Origin: Eukaryota sp. GEM-RC1
Lineage: Eukaryota
Direction of reading: 5' to 3'
Assembly (NCBI GenBank): GCA_040285855.1
Contig: JAUFOQ010000005.1
Location: forward strand, 2,232,001 to 2,296,000
DNA: 64,000 nt
The translations under genes were made by a program, and so were the position numbers. Positions 26,304-39,606 of the stretch are shown here, one piece after another; position 1 is the stretch's first letter; each line of letters opens with the position of its first letter. The notes below the pieces were generated by a model, which saw only the letters and a program-made list of their open reading frames with translations, searched no databases and was not told the origin of the DNA.

Positions 26304-28142
26304 ATGGCTACTTCCGCCATACATTATAAACTAAAGTCTTCTCGTGCTTTTGAAACATTGCATTTTGAGGGTAGTTCCTTGACCCTTTCCCAATTCAAGG
26401 ACTTGGTCATGAAGGAAAAGAAGTTTCGTTCAGTAGATTTGGAAGTTACTGACCGAGACTCTGGAAAGGGTATGACACATCATATCTTACCATAGTCATT
26501 GAAAACCTGGACCACGCCATTCCCAAAAACTCATCTCTAGTCATAAGACGAGTTCCCATCCGTGCATCTTTAGTCCAACCCATCGCACCTTCCTTTAAAT
26601 CTGAGGGGGAAAGGTGATGCTCCCTCTCAACCTCAGGTCGCTTCTTCAGTTTCTGACATGGATTTCTCTGCTCCTCTCACCAGCTCCTCCACTCCTTCCT
26701 CTCGCTTCATTCCAGGACTCCGTTCCGCTCCTCAGTCCCTCCCCGAACCTGCTGAACCAATTGATGAAGCTGCTCGCCTTACCTCCATAATGCAGACTAC
26801 CTCTACCCCAACCAGAAAGCCTCTAGACCGTGGCCAACAACAGCGAGTCCTCCAAGGTCCTCCCCCACCTAACTACAGGTGTTACAAGTGTAACATTCCC
26901 GGCCACTGGATCCAGTTCTGCCCCCACGACAAGTCTACTGATGGTGAACAGAAACCCCAGTATAAAGCTCCAATTGGTATCCCGAGGAACTTTTTAAAGA
27001 AGGCTAGTGAGGATATCGTAGCTTCCTCTGACTCAATGGAAAATGAGACTAAAGGAGGATATAAACTTCCTTCTGGTGACGTGGCAGTTCTAACACCAAA
27101 TGATGACGCTTTTCAACGAATGTTGGGGAGAAAGGCACCTCCTGCTGTTAATATAGCTCCCAAGTCAACAGTTGAACCCGAACCTTCTACAGAAGAGTTC
27201 TCTAATGTTCCTAGTGACTATTGTTGTACTATCTGTACTAGGATTATGAATGATCCTCATGCTGTACAGTGTTGCGGTCATTCATTCTGCCGTGCTTGTA
27301 TTACTAATGCTCTGAATTTAGATCCGAATAGAAGATGCCCCGTGTGTCGACGTGCTTATATGGGTGACAATGCAGTGTTCCCCAATAGAAACTTGGCTAG
27401 TATCATTGAGAAATGGAAAGGTGCAGACCGTGGAGTGTCAGTGGAAGCACCCGTGGAAGTAAAGCCTCAACCTGAGCAGAAAGTAGTGCCTTTAGATAAG
27501 GAAGTTAGTTTTATTGGATCAATAGTAGAGACCATGATTAAAAGTGGACAGTTAGACCTTCCTGAAATAGTTGACTCTGAAATAGAAGTGTTTCTTGCAG
27601 ATTCTGTTCGTGCAGCTAGAGTTTCTATGGTGAGTGCTGGATATCAATTAGAAGACCCATCAAGACCAATAGAGCTCACGTCGTTGGGTAATTATGATTA
27701 TTTGATTGAGCAAATTAAAAAATCTGTTCAAAAAGTTGAATCTCCACCACAAGTTGTTCGTGAGTCACCACCACCTCCTTCTCATGCTGGTACATCTCGT
27801 CTATCACATGACCAACACCTACCTCCACCTAAACAATCTCGAGAAGATTATGGTGACTATCGTTATGAACGTAGGTACTCAAGAGAAGAAGAAAGATCTC
27901 CGTTGTACAGGCGGGATCCTTCCCCACCCCCAAGGTACCATAGAGATCATTGGAAGACCAATCCTAGGTATGATCGCTTTAGAAGAATGTTGGATATCAA
28001 GTATAGGTCGTCACCTTCACCTAGATCTTCTCCTGTTGATGACAGACATCGTCATGGTCGTGAGTTTAGACCAAGAACTAGAGGGTATGAAGGAAGAGAT
28101 AGGAGGAGGTATGATGATCGTGGTTATAGGCCTCGTTTTTAG
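26304..28142 (+). CDS. RBBP6: RBBP6/Mpe1-like protein (DWNN, zinc knuckle, RING, RS/RD-rich tail); intron 26470-26495; apparent indel in the G-run at ~26607
   Basis: IHYKLKSS...IPKNSSLVIRRVP (DWNN), PPPNYRCYKCNIPGHWIQFCP, GIPRNFL, RING CTIC...CCGHSFCRAC...CPVC. Confidence 0.92.
26470..26495 (+). other. 26-nt spliceosomal intron
   Basis: GTATGACACATCATATCTTACCATAG. Removal gives SGKVIENLDHAIPKNSS. Confidence 0.9.
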
Positions 28143-29183
28143 AGTTAAAGACGTTTTTGGAAGTGTTTATTGAATAATTTGTTTCTTTTGGTTTTTGCAC
28201 AAAGTTGTGTTAATAATACTTACTATTATAAATATTGTGAGATTCTGTATCTCTTTTCTAAACGGTCAAAGCTATCAACACGTGTGCTACTTCTAAAGGA
28301 CCATCAATTCACAAAACTACTCTTGATTTTAAGGAAATACAGAGTATATTGCTTTGGTTTTGAAAAGTATACGATATTTAACTATAATCAAAAAAGACTT
28401 GTAACCATAGTATAATGAATAGTTCCAATATGTATTATTGTAATTCTTGAAGCCAATCTGAGTAAATACACTCAGTCTAATTTTATTCAATCAATTATCA
28501 CATAGTTATACAAGAATTGTGGTAGTGTTGACCAGGAATTTCCAGTATCTTGTGTTTCATAGTTTGTCTTTTGATGTGTATTTTTGTCCTCTTCATGTAT
28601 AAACAGTTTTTCACCCAAGATGACGTCACATGTATACAACTTTTATAACTCGCTTATACTGGCTCATGATCAAGAACTATCTATAGATGGACAATCAGAA
28701 CATGTAGTTTCTTCTTATGATGACTATAAATGGATAAACTAGGATAAAGGATTGTTAATAACAAAAGTGTATTGAATAGAGATACTAGTAAGTAAGCTCT
28801 GAAGATATTCATGTAATTCTATAAATATACAACGCTGAACATTGTGGGTCATGATGAGATTCACTCTCAAACAAGAACTCAACACAGACTGTCAAATCAA
28901 TTGATGTGAAATGCACGTCGGCAGATTATATACGTTATATAGAAGATGTAATCTGAGTTATGTTGACATAGCCCGAGTTCCGATGACCTTATCTGAGCTT
29001 TTCAACAGCCTTGATTCAAATCTTCCAGTGGGTAAAGTCTCATCCACTTGTCAGAGATGTTCAAATTTTACTGTATCTATCCAGATCCTTAAGAACAAAC
29101 GATACGCACACACTTGATAGCCCTAGTGACTAGAGAGTTCGAATAGTTCATGTTTTAAATACCAAGTTGAGGATGATGGATAT

Positions 29184-30191
29184 CAGAGACCGGAAAAAAA
29201 TAAATAATTTCAATAACAAAAAAAACGGATTTATGTGCGGAGAAGAACACACTACAAGAAAACTACAAATAAATAAACACTATTAAAACAAATTATCAAA
29301 CGAACTACATAATTCCGAAAAGTAGTTGCCTACAAACAACTTGGACAAAATGGAATCAAAATACCTATACATAGACCTAAAAATCGAAAAAGCAAATTTA
29401 CTCTTCCAGTACGATCAATGACAATGATTGCAATAAAATAACGAGCAGTTGTTTATTGCTCGATGAAAAGTCTTTTCTTTCGGAACTGTTCTTCGAGAAG
29501 ATGTACGAATCTGGATGCACGTCTCCTGGAGACATAAACAATATGCTTTACAAAGACAAGATTGAAAACTGTGGCAGGACGTGTTTTGAAGACATCACTG
29601 CTACTCTCACATTACCGGAATCACATAATCTTTTAGCATTAAGATTATATCAATGTAATGTCGAATCTTCTCAACGATCAGCCAGGATCTATTTTTAAAT
29701 TCTATTTATCTAATCGTGCAATGAGCAGCTTCAATAGCAAGTCAATAAGAAAGTGATAGCACCCATTAAAGAGAGATTAAACCTGGGTTCAGATGATTTA
29801 AATACGCAACTATACTTGTATTACAACGGACATCTTTGGACTATCGACACAGTCAGAGAAGCCTTGTAAATTACTCGCCCATCAGTGCCAAGTTGACTTT
29901 TTTATCGTACAATAAAACAATTATTTTTGTACCCTTCATTGATAAACATATATGATACAATTTCGGATCTTTAGTTAAATAAATTCTCATTGATAGGCAA
30001 TCTGGACTTTGAGGATATTGAATATTAGATGTATGTACACTGTAGTGTTGCTGTCAATAAAAAGTTTAATAGAAAAAGTAGTGTTGTTGTCAATAAGACT
30101 TGTCAATTGAAAAAAAATTGATAAAGTAATATGTATTTTAGATAAACAAGAAGTGAACAATAAAATAAAATACAATAACTTCCGGTCTCTG
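29184..30191. mobile_element. Putative TIR element
   Basis: CAGAGACCGGAA ... TTCCGGTCTCTG. Flanks gatggatat / gatgggtac form an imperfect 9-bp duplication. Confidence 0.5.
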
Positions 30192-30328
30192 GATGGGTAC
30201 ACTATTCGAAATTTCCCGCGTGTTTTTGAAAAGACACCGTGTCCGTGTCCAAACGTGTCCACGCGTGTCTTTGAACACTGGGGGCATAGTAAGTGTGAAA
30301 GAATGAACTAGAACTTCTTTGTCCATCA

Positions 30329-31167
30329 ATGGTCACACCTCGTCGTCATAAATCTTTGAAAAGCCGTCGTTCATCCCCTTCCAGTATTTCCTCTGTGATA
30401 TCTCACCGTGGTGGACTATCGACATTGTCTTCATCCACACATGCTTCCTCTAAACGTGTCCATGTTCAGCAGACCTTGTTAATTCTTATCCATCTCCACT
30501 TGCTGAGACGTCTTATCAAGCCTACTCTCGAAAACAATCATGATCGAACTAATCCTCAACACGATGCTTTGAAAAAACGTTACCTACATTCTTTGGACAA
30601 GTTGGCTATGTAAGTAATCACTTCCTTGATTCTTCATTCCAAGCAGTTAAAGTATATTTTCAATTACACGCATTTCATGCTGATCTTGAACACCTTCCTA
30701 AACTAATTTCACTTGCTTCTTTCTTTGGAGCAGATCTACAATCTGTTTTCTTGCACGCTGATGGAACTTCAGAAATTGAGAAATTTCTTAATTATTCTGG
30801 TATAATTACAGGATTGAGAATCGAACTAAGGGAACCCTCTGATTTAGAGTTTCTAAACAATTCTTCTTCTTTATTTCCACGTCTTAAGCAGCTAGAAGTA
30901 GAAGTGTTCGAACGCATCTCTGTTTCTATGTTATTGATTGAAGCGTTGAAAACCAATACTACAGTTACAAGTCTTGATCTGCAGTACAATTCTATTAAAA
31001 CTGAAGGTGCCAGATCTTTGGCTAAAGCTTTGAAAGTTAATACTTCAGTTACAAGTGTTAATCTGAGGAACAACAACTCTATTAAATCTCAAGGTGTCTT
31101 AGCTTTGGCAGAGGCGTTGAAAGTTAATCATCGAGTTGAAATACGCAGAGTAATTAATAAATACTAA
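30329..31167 (+). CDS. LRR-family gene (unknown N-terminal domain + 2 RI-like LRRs); frameshift at ~30578
   Basis: Close paralog of 38432-39606. HVQQTLLILIHLHLL domain followed by VTSLDLQYNSI...ALAEALKVN. Confidence 0.75.
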
Positions 31168-32253
31168 TTACTAATTAATGTCGATATAAAATGGTTTGTC
31201 TTGCCTGTTGAAATTCTAATGAGTGTGAAGACATTGCATTTCTGATGGATTTCCAATGACTTCTGTTTTATTTATTGGCAATAACATGTAAAAATTAAGA
31301 TTCGAGGATGTAATTGCACAGTCTCAGTGAGACTAATTCCGATATGAGAGTGTCATTTAGACCTCCCAAATACAACTTCTGTTGTTTTTAACAAGAAAGA
31401 TACATCAAAAATTCAAATAATTGAATGAGCTTTTACAGTTAGACGAACTTTTATACTGATAGGATCAAATTAAAACCTACTTAACTAAATGATTCCCCTC
31501 TCACCACTCTAAAAAATCTCGAAATCTAAATCATTTTTTATAGCTTCATTCGTATCTTTAATGCTCAGAGTATCTTCTAAAATCCAACTGGACATGAAAC
31601 TGGAGTTTTGCATGTATATAAGTTGACCGTTGATCTTCAAGAAATCGTGAAGAAACACAGATGTATCAAACGCAGAGATATTTGGTAAAGAGATGGGAAA
31701 CTACTGGGGAATTCATTTGGGTGCATACTCCCCAAAATCATTTTACACCAAAAACTCTTCACCCCATAACCACATATCCTCAAACTGATACACTTATACC
31801 TTCTTTGATGGATTCCATACATCTTTTGATATCCAGTGTTGAGCTTCTTCCAAGATAGAGGCGTGTTTGCAGGTATTCGTTCTTAGAATTGTGAACCGTG
31901 TTCAACCATGTCATGAATAAACCCAACGTTGTACAACCATCCTACAACACATACATCACATTGACATCTTATCCTCCAAAGGAACACACTCAGGTTTGCT
32001 ACAACTCTGCTGGTTTGCTACAACGCCGATCGTGTAATACACTGCTGTGTCTTCAGTCATTTTTGACTGCATTTTTGCATAGCAACTCAAAACATGATAA
32101 TGAAATCAGACTGAGGTTTTTTATCATCATCTACAAGAAGCTAAGATGTGTTTGTAGACAGTACAATGTACCAAACTGACCAATTGCAGTTGTATTTATA
32201 GGAGTTAGATCAAATTCTGAATTGCCTGTACACAAATAATTGCACCACGATAC

Positions 32254-33171
32254 ATGCCCTTTACTTTAACAAACTGGGACCTTCTTCTAGATGGCGAAGA
32301 ATTTGAAAAACTTCGTCAAGATGCTGTCTGGAATGAGACTAAGGTAAACGACATCAAGTCCATGAAGCTTCATGCTTCAGAAGACACCAAGATTCGTGCC
32401 GTATACACTTGCCTTTTTCTTGGCAAATCTCAGTCAGAAGTTGCCAATTTCTTTTGGGTCCATCAATCTACAATTAGCCGATGGATTCACCAATTCTTCA
32501 ATCGTGACTCTTTACAACGCTGCTCTTCCAGAACCTCAGTTCTCACAGAAAGTGATGGTCACTTTATTCAGCAAGTACTTGAAGAAAATCCTCTTCAGTT
32601 TTTGAAAGAAATTCGTCGTTTGCTGGCAACTGAACGTGGAAAATTAGTTTCAGTCTCAACAATACACCGATATCTTGTTGAAAAGCAAAATTTCTCTTCT
32701 AAAAAAAGCAAAATTGCTGGTGAAAAAAGCAAGAACGGAATCACTGCTGCGATTTGAACAAAGATTCAATCAACAATTTGAACTGGTCAGCCAAGATCAG
32801 TTGGTCTTTATTGACGAAGTAAGTTTAGGGATTGTAACATCAGAAGGACTCATGGATGGTCCCCCAAAGGTTCATCAATTCTATCCCGAGCTTCAAACCT
32901 AAAAGAAGGGCCCTTGAGTTTTGTAGTGGCAATTACAGTAGAGGGATACTTGAACTCCCATGCTGTTCAAGGACATTTTAGCAGGTTGCAATTTGTGTCT
33001 TTTTTACGAAGTCTAATTCGGAACAGGCAACTGAATCAATATCCTGGTAAAAGATCTATTGTGATACTTGATGGTTGTCGGATACATATCCACAGAAGCA
33101 TTACTTTGGCATTAAAGCTTGCTGGCGTTCATTATCTTATATTACCAGCTTACGCTCCTGAGATGAATCCA
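32254..33171 (+). mobile_element. IS630/Tc1/mariner-superfamily transposase, frameshifted and truncated before the catalytic Glu
   Basis: HTH SQSEVANFFWVHQSTISRW and second HTH VSVSTIHRYL. Catalytic VFIDE and VILDGCRIH. LPAYAPEMNP ends without IE. Confidence 0.88.
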
Positions 33172-33361
33172 TCACAACAGACTACAAACCAGAGAAGAGA
33201 AGAGATGAATAGACTACAGACCGAAACAGCGAAATCTGTTGGTCTGAGCTTTTGCCCATCATAAGGATAAGGAAAGAGCTAAAACAAGAAAGAATTATGT
33301 AAGCACAACAGGTTGGAAGTTCCAACTTGGAACATGAATAAAAAAAATAGTATTTATCATA

Positions 33362-33954
33362 CTGTCATCTACCGAATAGAGCCCCTACCGATTAGAGCCC
33401 CAGAGCCACGGGGCTCTAAAACAGAAACCCTACTGAATAGAGCCCTTAATTAAAAACACATCACTAATTTAAACTTAAGATATTAAAACTAATAAATCGC
33501 TCCATTTAATAAAAATGACTAGACTAGTCCACATCTATTTTTTTCACCATGGCTCCAAGATCTCATCGTTCAAGAGCAGGATTTTCACATCACCGACCCC
33601 GTCTTTCAGAACACAGACGTTCTCGAGCGAAATGATTGTTGGGTTTAAACAAAAGATACTTATTGAGCTAACAAGTGAAAAAGGTGAAAGCTACGTTGCT
33701 CTTAGAACCACTGAATATGATTGCTGAAAACGTTCTAGCTTAATTTATCTGTAACTCATAAACTTGACCTATAAAATCACCGAACAATCATTGTTAATTT
33801 AATCAAAAGTGAGCTTAAAAACTACTGAATAGAGCCCTCACTTATAGCGGCTCTAAAACAGAGCCATACCGATTAGAGCCCTACCGATTAGAGCCCCTAT
33901 GTAATTTTTTTGGGGCTCTAAATTAGAAACCGGGCTCTATTCAGTAGTTGACAG
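33362..33954. mobile_element. Tc1/pogo-type MITE with TA TSD
   Basis: TA|CTGTCATCTACCGAATAGAGCCC ... GGGCTCTATTCAGTAGTTGACAG|TA. Many tacYgaWtagagccc subterminal repeats. Confidence 0.88.
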
Positions 33955-34102
33955 TACTTGTAAAATACAGATTTCCGTATTTTATGTATTTTATGTATTT
34001 TATGTATTTTTCAAAAGTGAGTTTTAAAATACAAACTGTATTTTAGTGTATTTTTCAAACACACATTCCAAGTGTTTTTTTTAGCACAGATTTGATGTAA
34101 AA

Positions 34103-34438
34103 GAGAGAGATGTTTATTCGGCACCCAATAAGGTAACCTTTCTACAAACTATGAAATTGTAAAAACAAACAAATAATACTAAGATTAAATCCAAACGACT
34201 TCATCACCACCCGGTAAAAGATTACGTTTATCTACATGAACCTTCACACCAAACTTGTACAATTTCTCAATTAATCTAGAGAAATAGAAAGGCATATTCC
34301 GATATATGGAAAACACTATACGGTTTTTCCATTCAGCCATTCTAAACTTACGCTTCTTTTCTTTACACAATTCTTTGAAATCCTTGAAAAATTGATCTCC
34401 AGCAGGACTAATAGATCCAAAAAGAGAAACAGCAAAAA
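34103..34438 (-). mobile_element. 5'-truncated CRE-like retrotransposon with 13-bp TSD
   Basis: Almost identical to 54943-55275. ATTTGATGTAAAA at 34090-34102 and 34439-34451. Confidence 0.9.
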
Positions 34439-35016
34439 ATTTGATGTAAAATGAGTCGATTAGATAGAGATCGTCGTACTTTTTTGCTTTGGGAGATCGT
34501 TTGTTTATGAACTGATTGCATTTCACTGAGTCAAATCCAGAATAGATGATGAACTAATGAAACAAAAAAGTTCAACATATAACTAGAATTTCAACCAGAC
34601 CCTCCTTCATGACTTCTCTTCTCCAATCTATACCATCAATCCACCCTATACCTATTTTATGAATTTCCTGATGTTTAACAAGAGAATCAGGAAGTTGTAC
34701 AAGTTGAAGACGATGTAATTGGAGAGTTAGTGGAGATCCATGACGATGCACTAATGTTGGATACGCTGTCACCAACTGCAGGAAAACGCAAACGTTGACA
34801 ACAATCTACTACTGTACCGTTAACGTTGAGTCCTAGAGATGAAGATTGACTAACGTGGATGTTTGTATTTTACTTTGTATTTTAGTGTATTTTATGTATT
34901 TTTGTATTTTTGTATTTTTCAAATGAAAACTCGTGTATTTTACAAGTATGGTATATATTCATCAATGGAAGAAAAGCTAATCTGAAAGATTAGGATGAAA
35001 TACATCCTGGGCCTCA

Positions 35017-35854
35017 TCAACAAGAGCTAAAAAGAACATCAGCAGATTCAGGTAGAGAAGCAACAGAGGATAGTCTTTTGAGGCCTGCTTCAACAAAAGA
35101 AATGGTATCGGTAGAAAGGAGATCCAATAGAACATTAAGGCGTTCAATGAGTTCCAGCTTAATCACTACATGACGTCTGGCGAGGAATTGGCCCGTTGAA
35201 ACAGCAATTTCTTTCAAATCATCCGTTGAGAGTCTGGAGGCTTCAGGGACATTAGAGAAGAAGCGAAGTAAGTCCAGGGGAGGAAAAGATGTCGAACTAG
35301 ATGCATTGTTACAACGAGAGGCCCATTGTTCCCAATATCCTTCATCAGCAGCGAGCGTAGGATTTGACTGCTTTAAATCGTCAACAGTTATTAAGTTCTC
35401 CAGGGGAACTCTCAATGTATCGATGTAGGCTCTTTACTGTTCGGCATTGATGTTTGTTACTTGGATCTTTACATCCAGAGCATTTTCGCCAGGTCTAGCT
35501 TTCAAAATCCACTTTCGGAGCAGACTACTGCTCACATTCTCCCGTTTATTATTACCGTACATGAACGAGAATGTGGCAGTGCTATTAAGGATGATAAGGG
35601 CACTCGTTCTGGGCAATGTGGCTGTGATAATCTTCAAGAAACATATTTTTGAAGGATTCTGAGGTACCATGGTCTAAGCTCTCGTAGTGGACTAAGGCAG
35701 ACTCCGGCTCCAATCTAGTTTGGGCTCGGTTATAAAGAGAATATAATAAACCAACCTTTACTACCATTGCTCCAGGGAATTCAGCCAATCCAGGAGATAG
35801 ATATTCAAGTGGTTCATCAACTTGAGGGCTGTTTAGTTGAGACTCGTCAGACAT
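35017..35854 (-). pseudogene. Orphan gene or pseudogene of unknown function (one frameshift, one in-frame stop)
   Basis: Three chained ORFs (35585-35854, 35434-35670, 35017-35415) with coding-like composition. ATG at 35854. No recognised motif. Confidence 0.45.
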
Positions 35855-37154
35855 AACAGAAAGAAAAGGTACAGAAAAGATTGTTGTTTATTATGGTAGC
35901 ATAAGCAGATCGGCGATCTACAAGTGGATCGATGAGATTGAGTAAGCTTAAGGAATCAAAGAGCTATAACAAATGATCCTATTTGAAGAAAATGAAAAAT
36001 GAAGGAGCCAAAAAACTTGGGGTAAAGAGTTGGAGTATGCATCTCAAGTGAAAAGTACAGTAGTATAAGAGAGAAGGTTTTCAAAGAAAAATGATGTCAT
36101 AGATATATATGTATGTTGACTATTACAAGCCCGAAATAATTACTCTCACTAGAAATTAGTCTCAGTGAGACTAATTCCGATATGTGACGAGTGAAAATGA
36201 CGTACGGAATCAGTCTCAGTGAGACTAATTGGAAACAATCGGTGTAGTTTCAAGTTTAGTTTTCGAAGTGTTGACAACTCCACGTTCGCATCCTCGTGTG
36301 ATGGTCGACATGGATGATAAGAACCGTTCTGGTTGAGAATCGGAGAAAAGTGGAGTGTCACTGATCGTGCTGCTTGTCTCTCTGGTTTGAGCATTGACCA
36401 TTTGAGTATTGCTATTAAATCTATTTCTGAAATTGCTGATGATCTCAATTTTTTAACAATTTGGTTAGGGGTTCAGTTTCCCATCCCACAACTTTAACGG
36501 ATTCTAGACTTATTGCTCTAAGAAAACCCAATGGAAGTGTTCGCCCCATTGCAATTGGTAAGTCTATGGTGTCAATTTTTGCCATTTTATGTTTTCAAAG
36601 GGTGAAAGTGAAGGCTATCAGATATTATAGACCGTAAGTAATCACCAGTAATTTGCTAATGGAGTACCTGATGGCACAACGTCAGCTCAAAGAAGTTAGT
36701 TGCTGTAGTACCTAAATTTTCATACAACAAAATTCCAAAAGGTTGAAAAACAAAAGCATTGTGGCGTTGAGAGTTTAACTTTTCAAAACAATCACTGTAT
36801 CGGAGAACTTTCTTGTCTTCAGCAAGGTCAATGGCCGAAAATTGGTCATTAGGTACTTTAAGTAATATTACACAAAGTTGAGCGGTTTATTAAGTTGTAG
36901 AACCGTTCTAAATTGATTAGAATCTTGATATGATTCAGTTCATGTTGACCAGAGTTTCTTGTGCGGGCTCTAAACACATTGTCTGACTCAATGATGAGAG
37001 ATAAGAATAGCCTCTCAAGGAGTAATTATGGACTTTACTACGGTTGATACTCAAGAGGCAGTTTGTCTTGGACTGTAAACCCTGTAATTACTGTGGATTT
37101 TAAATTAGTGACGTCAACAAATGGAGTGGATTACTCTAATTCTAATTAAAGTTC

Positions 37155-37787
37155 AATTTATTCATTTTCGATCAATTATTCACAACAGTATCCGGGATAC
37201 ATGTTTGGATATGTTTAAGGCTAATGGTTTTCATGGAAAAATTGAACCTTTACTTGCTAATCTTTCTGATCAGCCAACAGTTGATAGAAGTCGTGGTGAT
37301 TTGATTGGTCCTTGGTTATCTTGTCAGGAAACAATCATGGATTTCACAACTGTTGATCCTTGTAATTCAAGATCAATTTTCAAAAATTTTGATGATGATT
37401 TTTCTGCTCTTGAAGTGGCTGAAAAGGAAAAATACAAAGTACTGTCACTTAATTAAACAATTGAATGTTGACAGGTACAATTCTTTTGTGTTTCAACCTT
37501 TTGCGATGTCGATATACGGTAATATTGGGGCAGCTGCACAAGGTTTATTAACTTCCTTTGGTAAATTGTGCTCTGAGTATGGTAAAGTTTTCAATGAAAA
37601 TTTTTGGTTGAGTAGGTTAAAGTTTGCGTTGTTTCGTTCAATGCACAGATATTTTAATTCAATTTTATGTAAGTTGTTCGGTGATGGACAGAAGGATCAT
37701 AGTTTAGATACTTTAGTTAGTGTCTGTTAGTTATTAGCTTCTGCAAATGCATTTATTTCACTGACTGATCATAAACCCCGTTTTTTC
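37155..37787 (+). mobile_element. 5'-truncated CRE-like RLE retrotransposon with 11-bp TSD
   Basis: IHNSIRD...KIEP...RGDL...MDFTTVD...AEKEK..KY...FQPFAMSIYG...FWLSRL. AATTAAAGTTC at 37144-37154 and 37788-37798. Confidence 0.9.
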
Positions 37788-38431
37788 AATTAAAGTTCTT
37801 ATAAATATAATTACTTTAGAATAAAATAGTGTGGGTGCTAGCAAACCTGCGATTAGAGAAGCACTTGTAGCCATCAATGTTACTCTGGTTTATTTGGCAA
37901 ACAACGCAACAGTTCTTGTTCAACCTGCTGATTTGTTTTATATCAAAAAAGTCAAGTGTAGCTTTAAACATATCGTGTAACACCTTGGTTGATAATAGAG
38001 CAGATTCAAGGAAATGATTACTTACATATCCAACCAGTGATCGTCAAACCGATTATCTGTAATGAATCTGGAATGGCTACTGACTAGTGATGTTCCCATC
38101 AATACTTATGCTTAACGAAATCAACTGGATCAGGCTCAGAATCTTCTTGGAAAAAGTAATTTAAATCATTACAACGATATAATTTTGTGTTGAACACAAA
38201 ACACTTTTTTATTTTATATCCAAATATATCAAGATTTTGATTTTTCTTTACTGGGAGAGCAGTAATTGATTGAATGACTCTTCTCAACAAAGGCAACAAA
38301 AGTTGAAGAAGACCTTGACATACCTTGACAGTGCTGCTTTACTAGAGAGTTAGAGTGGTTAATGGTTTTACTACCAAGTGGACAGTAGGAAGTTTGAAAG
38401 AATGCAGAAAGACCTCATTTCTTCGGCATCA

Positions 38432-39606
38432 ATGGCCACACCTTGTCCTGAATCTTTGAAAAGGAGTCGTTCATCCCCTTCCAGTATCTCCTCTGTGATG
38501 TTAAACTGTGACGAACTGTCTGTATTGTCTTCATCCACAGATTCTCCCTCTAACCGTGTCCATGTGCAGCATACTTTGTTAATTCTCATTCATCTTCACT
38601 TGCTGAGACGTCTTCTCAAGCGTACTCCCGAGACTAGTCATGATCGAACAAATCCTGAACTCATTGCTTTGAAAACAGCATTACCTGCATTCTTTGGACA
38701 AGTTGGCTATGTAAGCAGTCACTTCCTTGATTCTTCATTACAAGCAGTTAAAGTGTTTTTTCAATTACACACCTTTCATGCTGATCTTGAACACCTTCCC
38801 AAACTAATTTCAGTTGCTTCTTTCTTTGAAGCAGATCTGCAATCTGTTTTCTTGTTCACTTACGAAAGCTTAAAAGTTGAGAAATTTCTGAATTATTCTG
38901 GTATAATTACAGGATTGAGAATCGTACTAATGGAACCCTCTGATTTAGAGTTTCTAAACAATTCTTCTTTATTTCCACGTCTTAAGCAACTAGAAGTTAT
39001 AGTAGCGAGACAACGCACCTCTGTATCTATGTTATTCATTGAAGCGCTGAAAACCAATACTACAGTTACAAATGTTAATCTGATTTACAACTCTATTGGA
39101 GATGAAGGTGTCAGAGCTCTGGCAGAGGCGTTAAAAGTTAACACTACAGTTACAAGTGTTGTACTACGTGACAACTCTATTGGAGATGAAGGTGCTAAAG
39201 CTTTAGCAGAGGCGTTGAAAGTTAATGTTACTGTTACAAGTGTTGACCTGCAGGACAACTCTATTGGAGATGAAGGTGCTGAAGCTTTGGCCGAGGCATT
39301 AAAAGTTAACACTACAGTTACAAGTGTTAATCTGTGTGACAACTGTATTGGAGATGAAGGTGCCAGAGCTTTGGCAGAGGCGTTGACAGTTAATACGTCA
39401 GTTACAAGTGTTAATCTGGCTGACAACTCCATTGAAGATGGAGGTGCCAGATCTTTGCAGAGGCGTTGAAAGTAAATACTTCACTTACAATTGTTCATTT
39501 GAGTTGGAACCCTATTGGAAATGAAGGTACTAGAGCTTTGGCAGAGGTTATAAAAGTTAATCCTACAGTTAAAATAGTGCGAGTAGAACAACTCAATAGG
39601 TCCTAA
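38432..39606 (+). CDS. LRR-family gene (unknown N-terminal domain + 6 RI-like LRRs); frameshift at ~39457
   Basis: Six 28-aa units xTxVxLxxNxIGDEGAxALAEALKVN. The final repeat and stop (39604-39606) lie in the shifted frame. Confidence 0.85.

Larger units (their letters stand above)
33358..34950. mobile_element. hAT-like element (TIR CATACTTGTAAAATACA) hosting two nested insertions
   Basis: The left TIR is rebuilt by removing the 33362-33954 MITE. Right TIR TGTATTTTACAAGTATG. Flanks GTATTTAT / GTATATAT (7/8). tgtatttt subterminal repeats. Confidence 0.8.

Noticed and set aside
32698..32710. AAAAAAAG as an IS630-style programmed -1 frameshift
   Set aside because: The shift needed to join the ORFs is +1, and similar homopolymer indels occur throughout the window.
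33370..33950. Short repeated units (taccgattagagccc) resembling a CRISPR array
   Set aside because: Spacing is irregular, both orientations occur, the units are bounded by TIRs and a TA TSD, and there are no cas genes. These are MITE subterminal repeats.
35434..35600. Runs of TAA/TAG suggesting stop-to-Gln reassignment
   Set aside because: An alternative frame is open here. Conserved genes (PFL, centrin, RBBP6, NEK) end at TAA/TAG and have no internal TAR codons.
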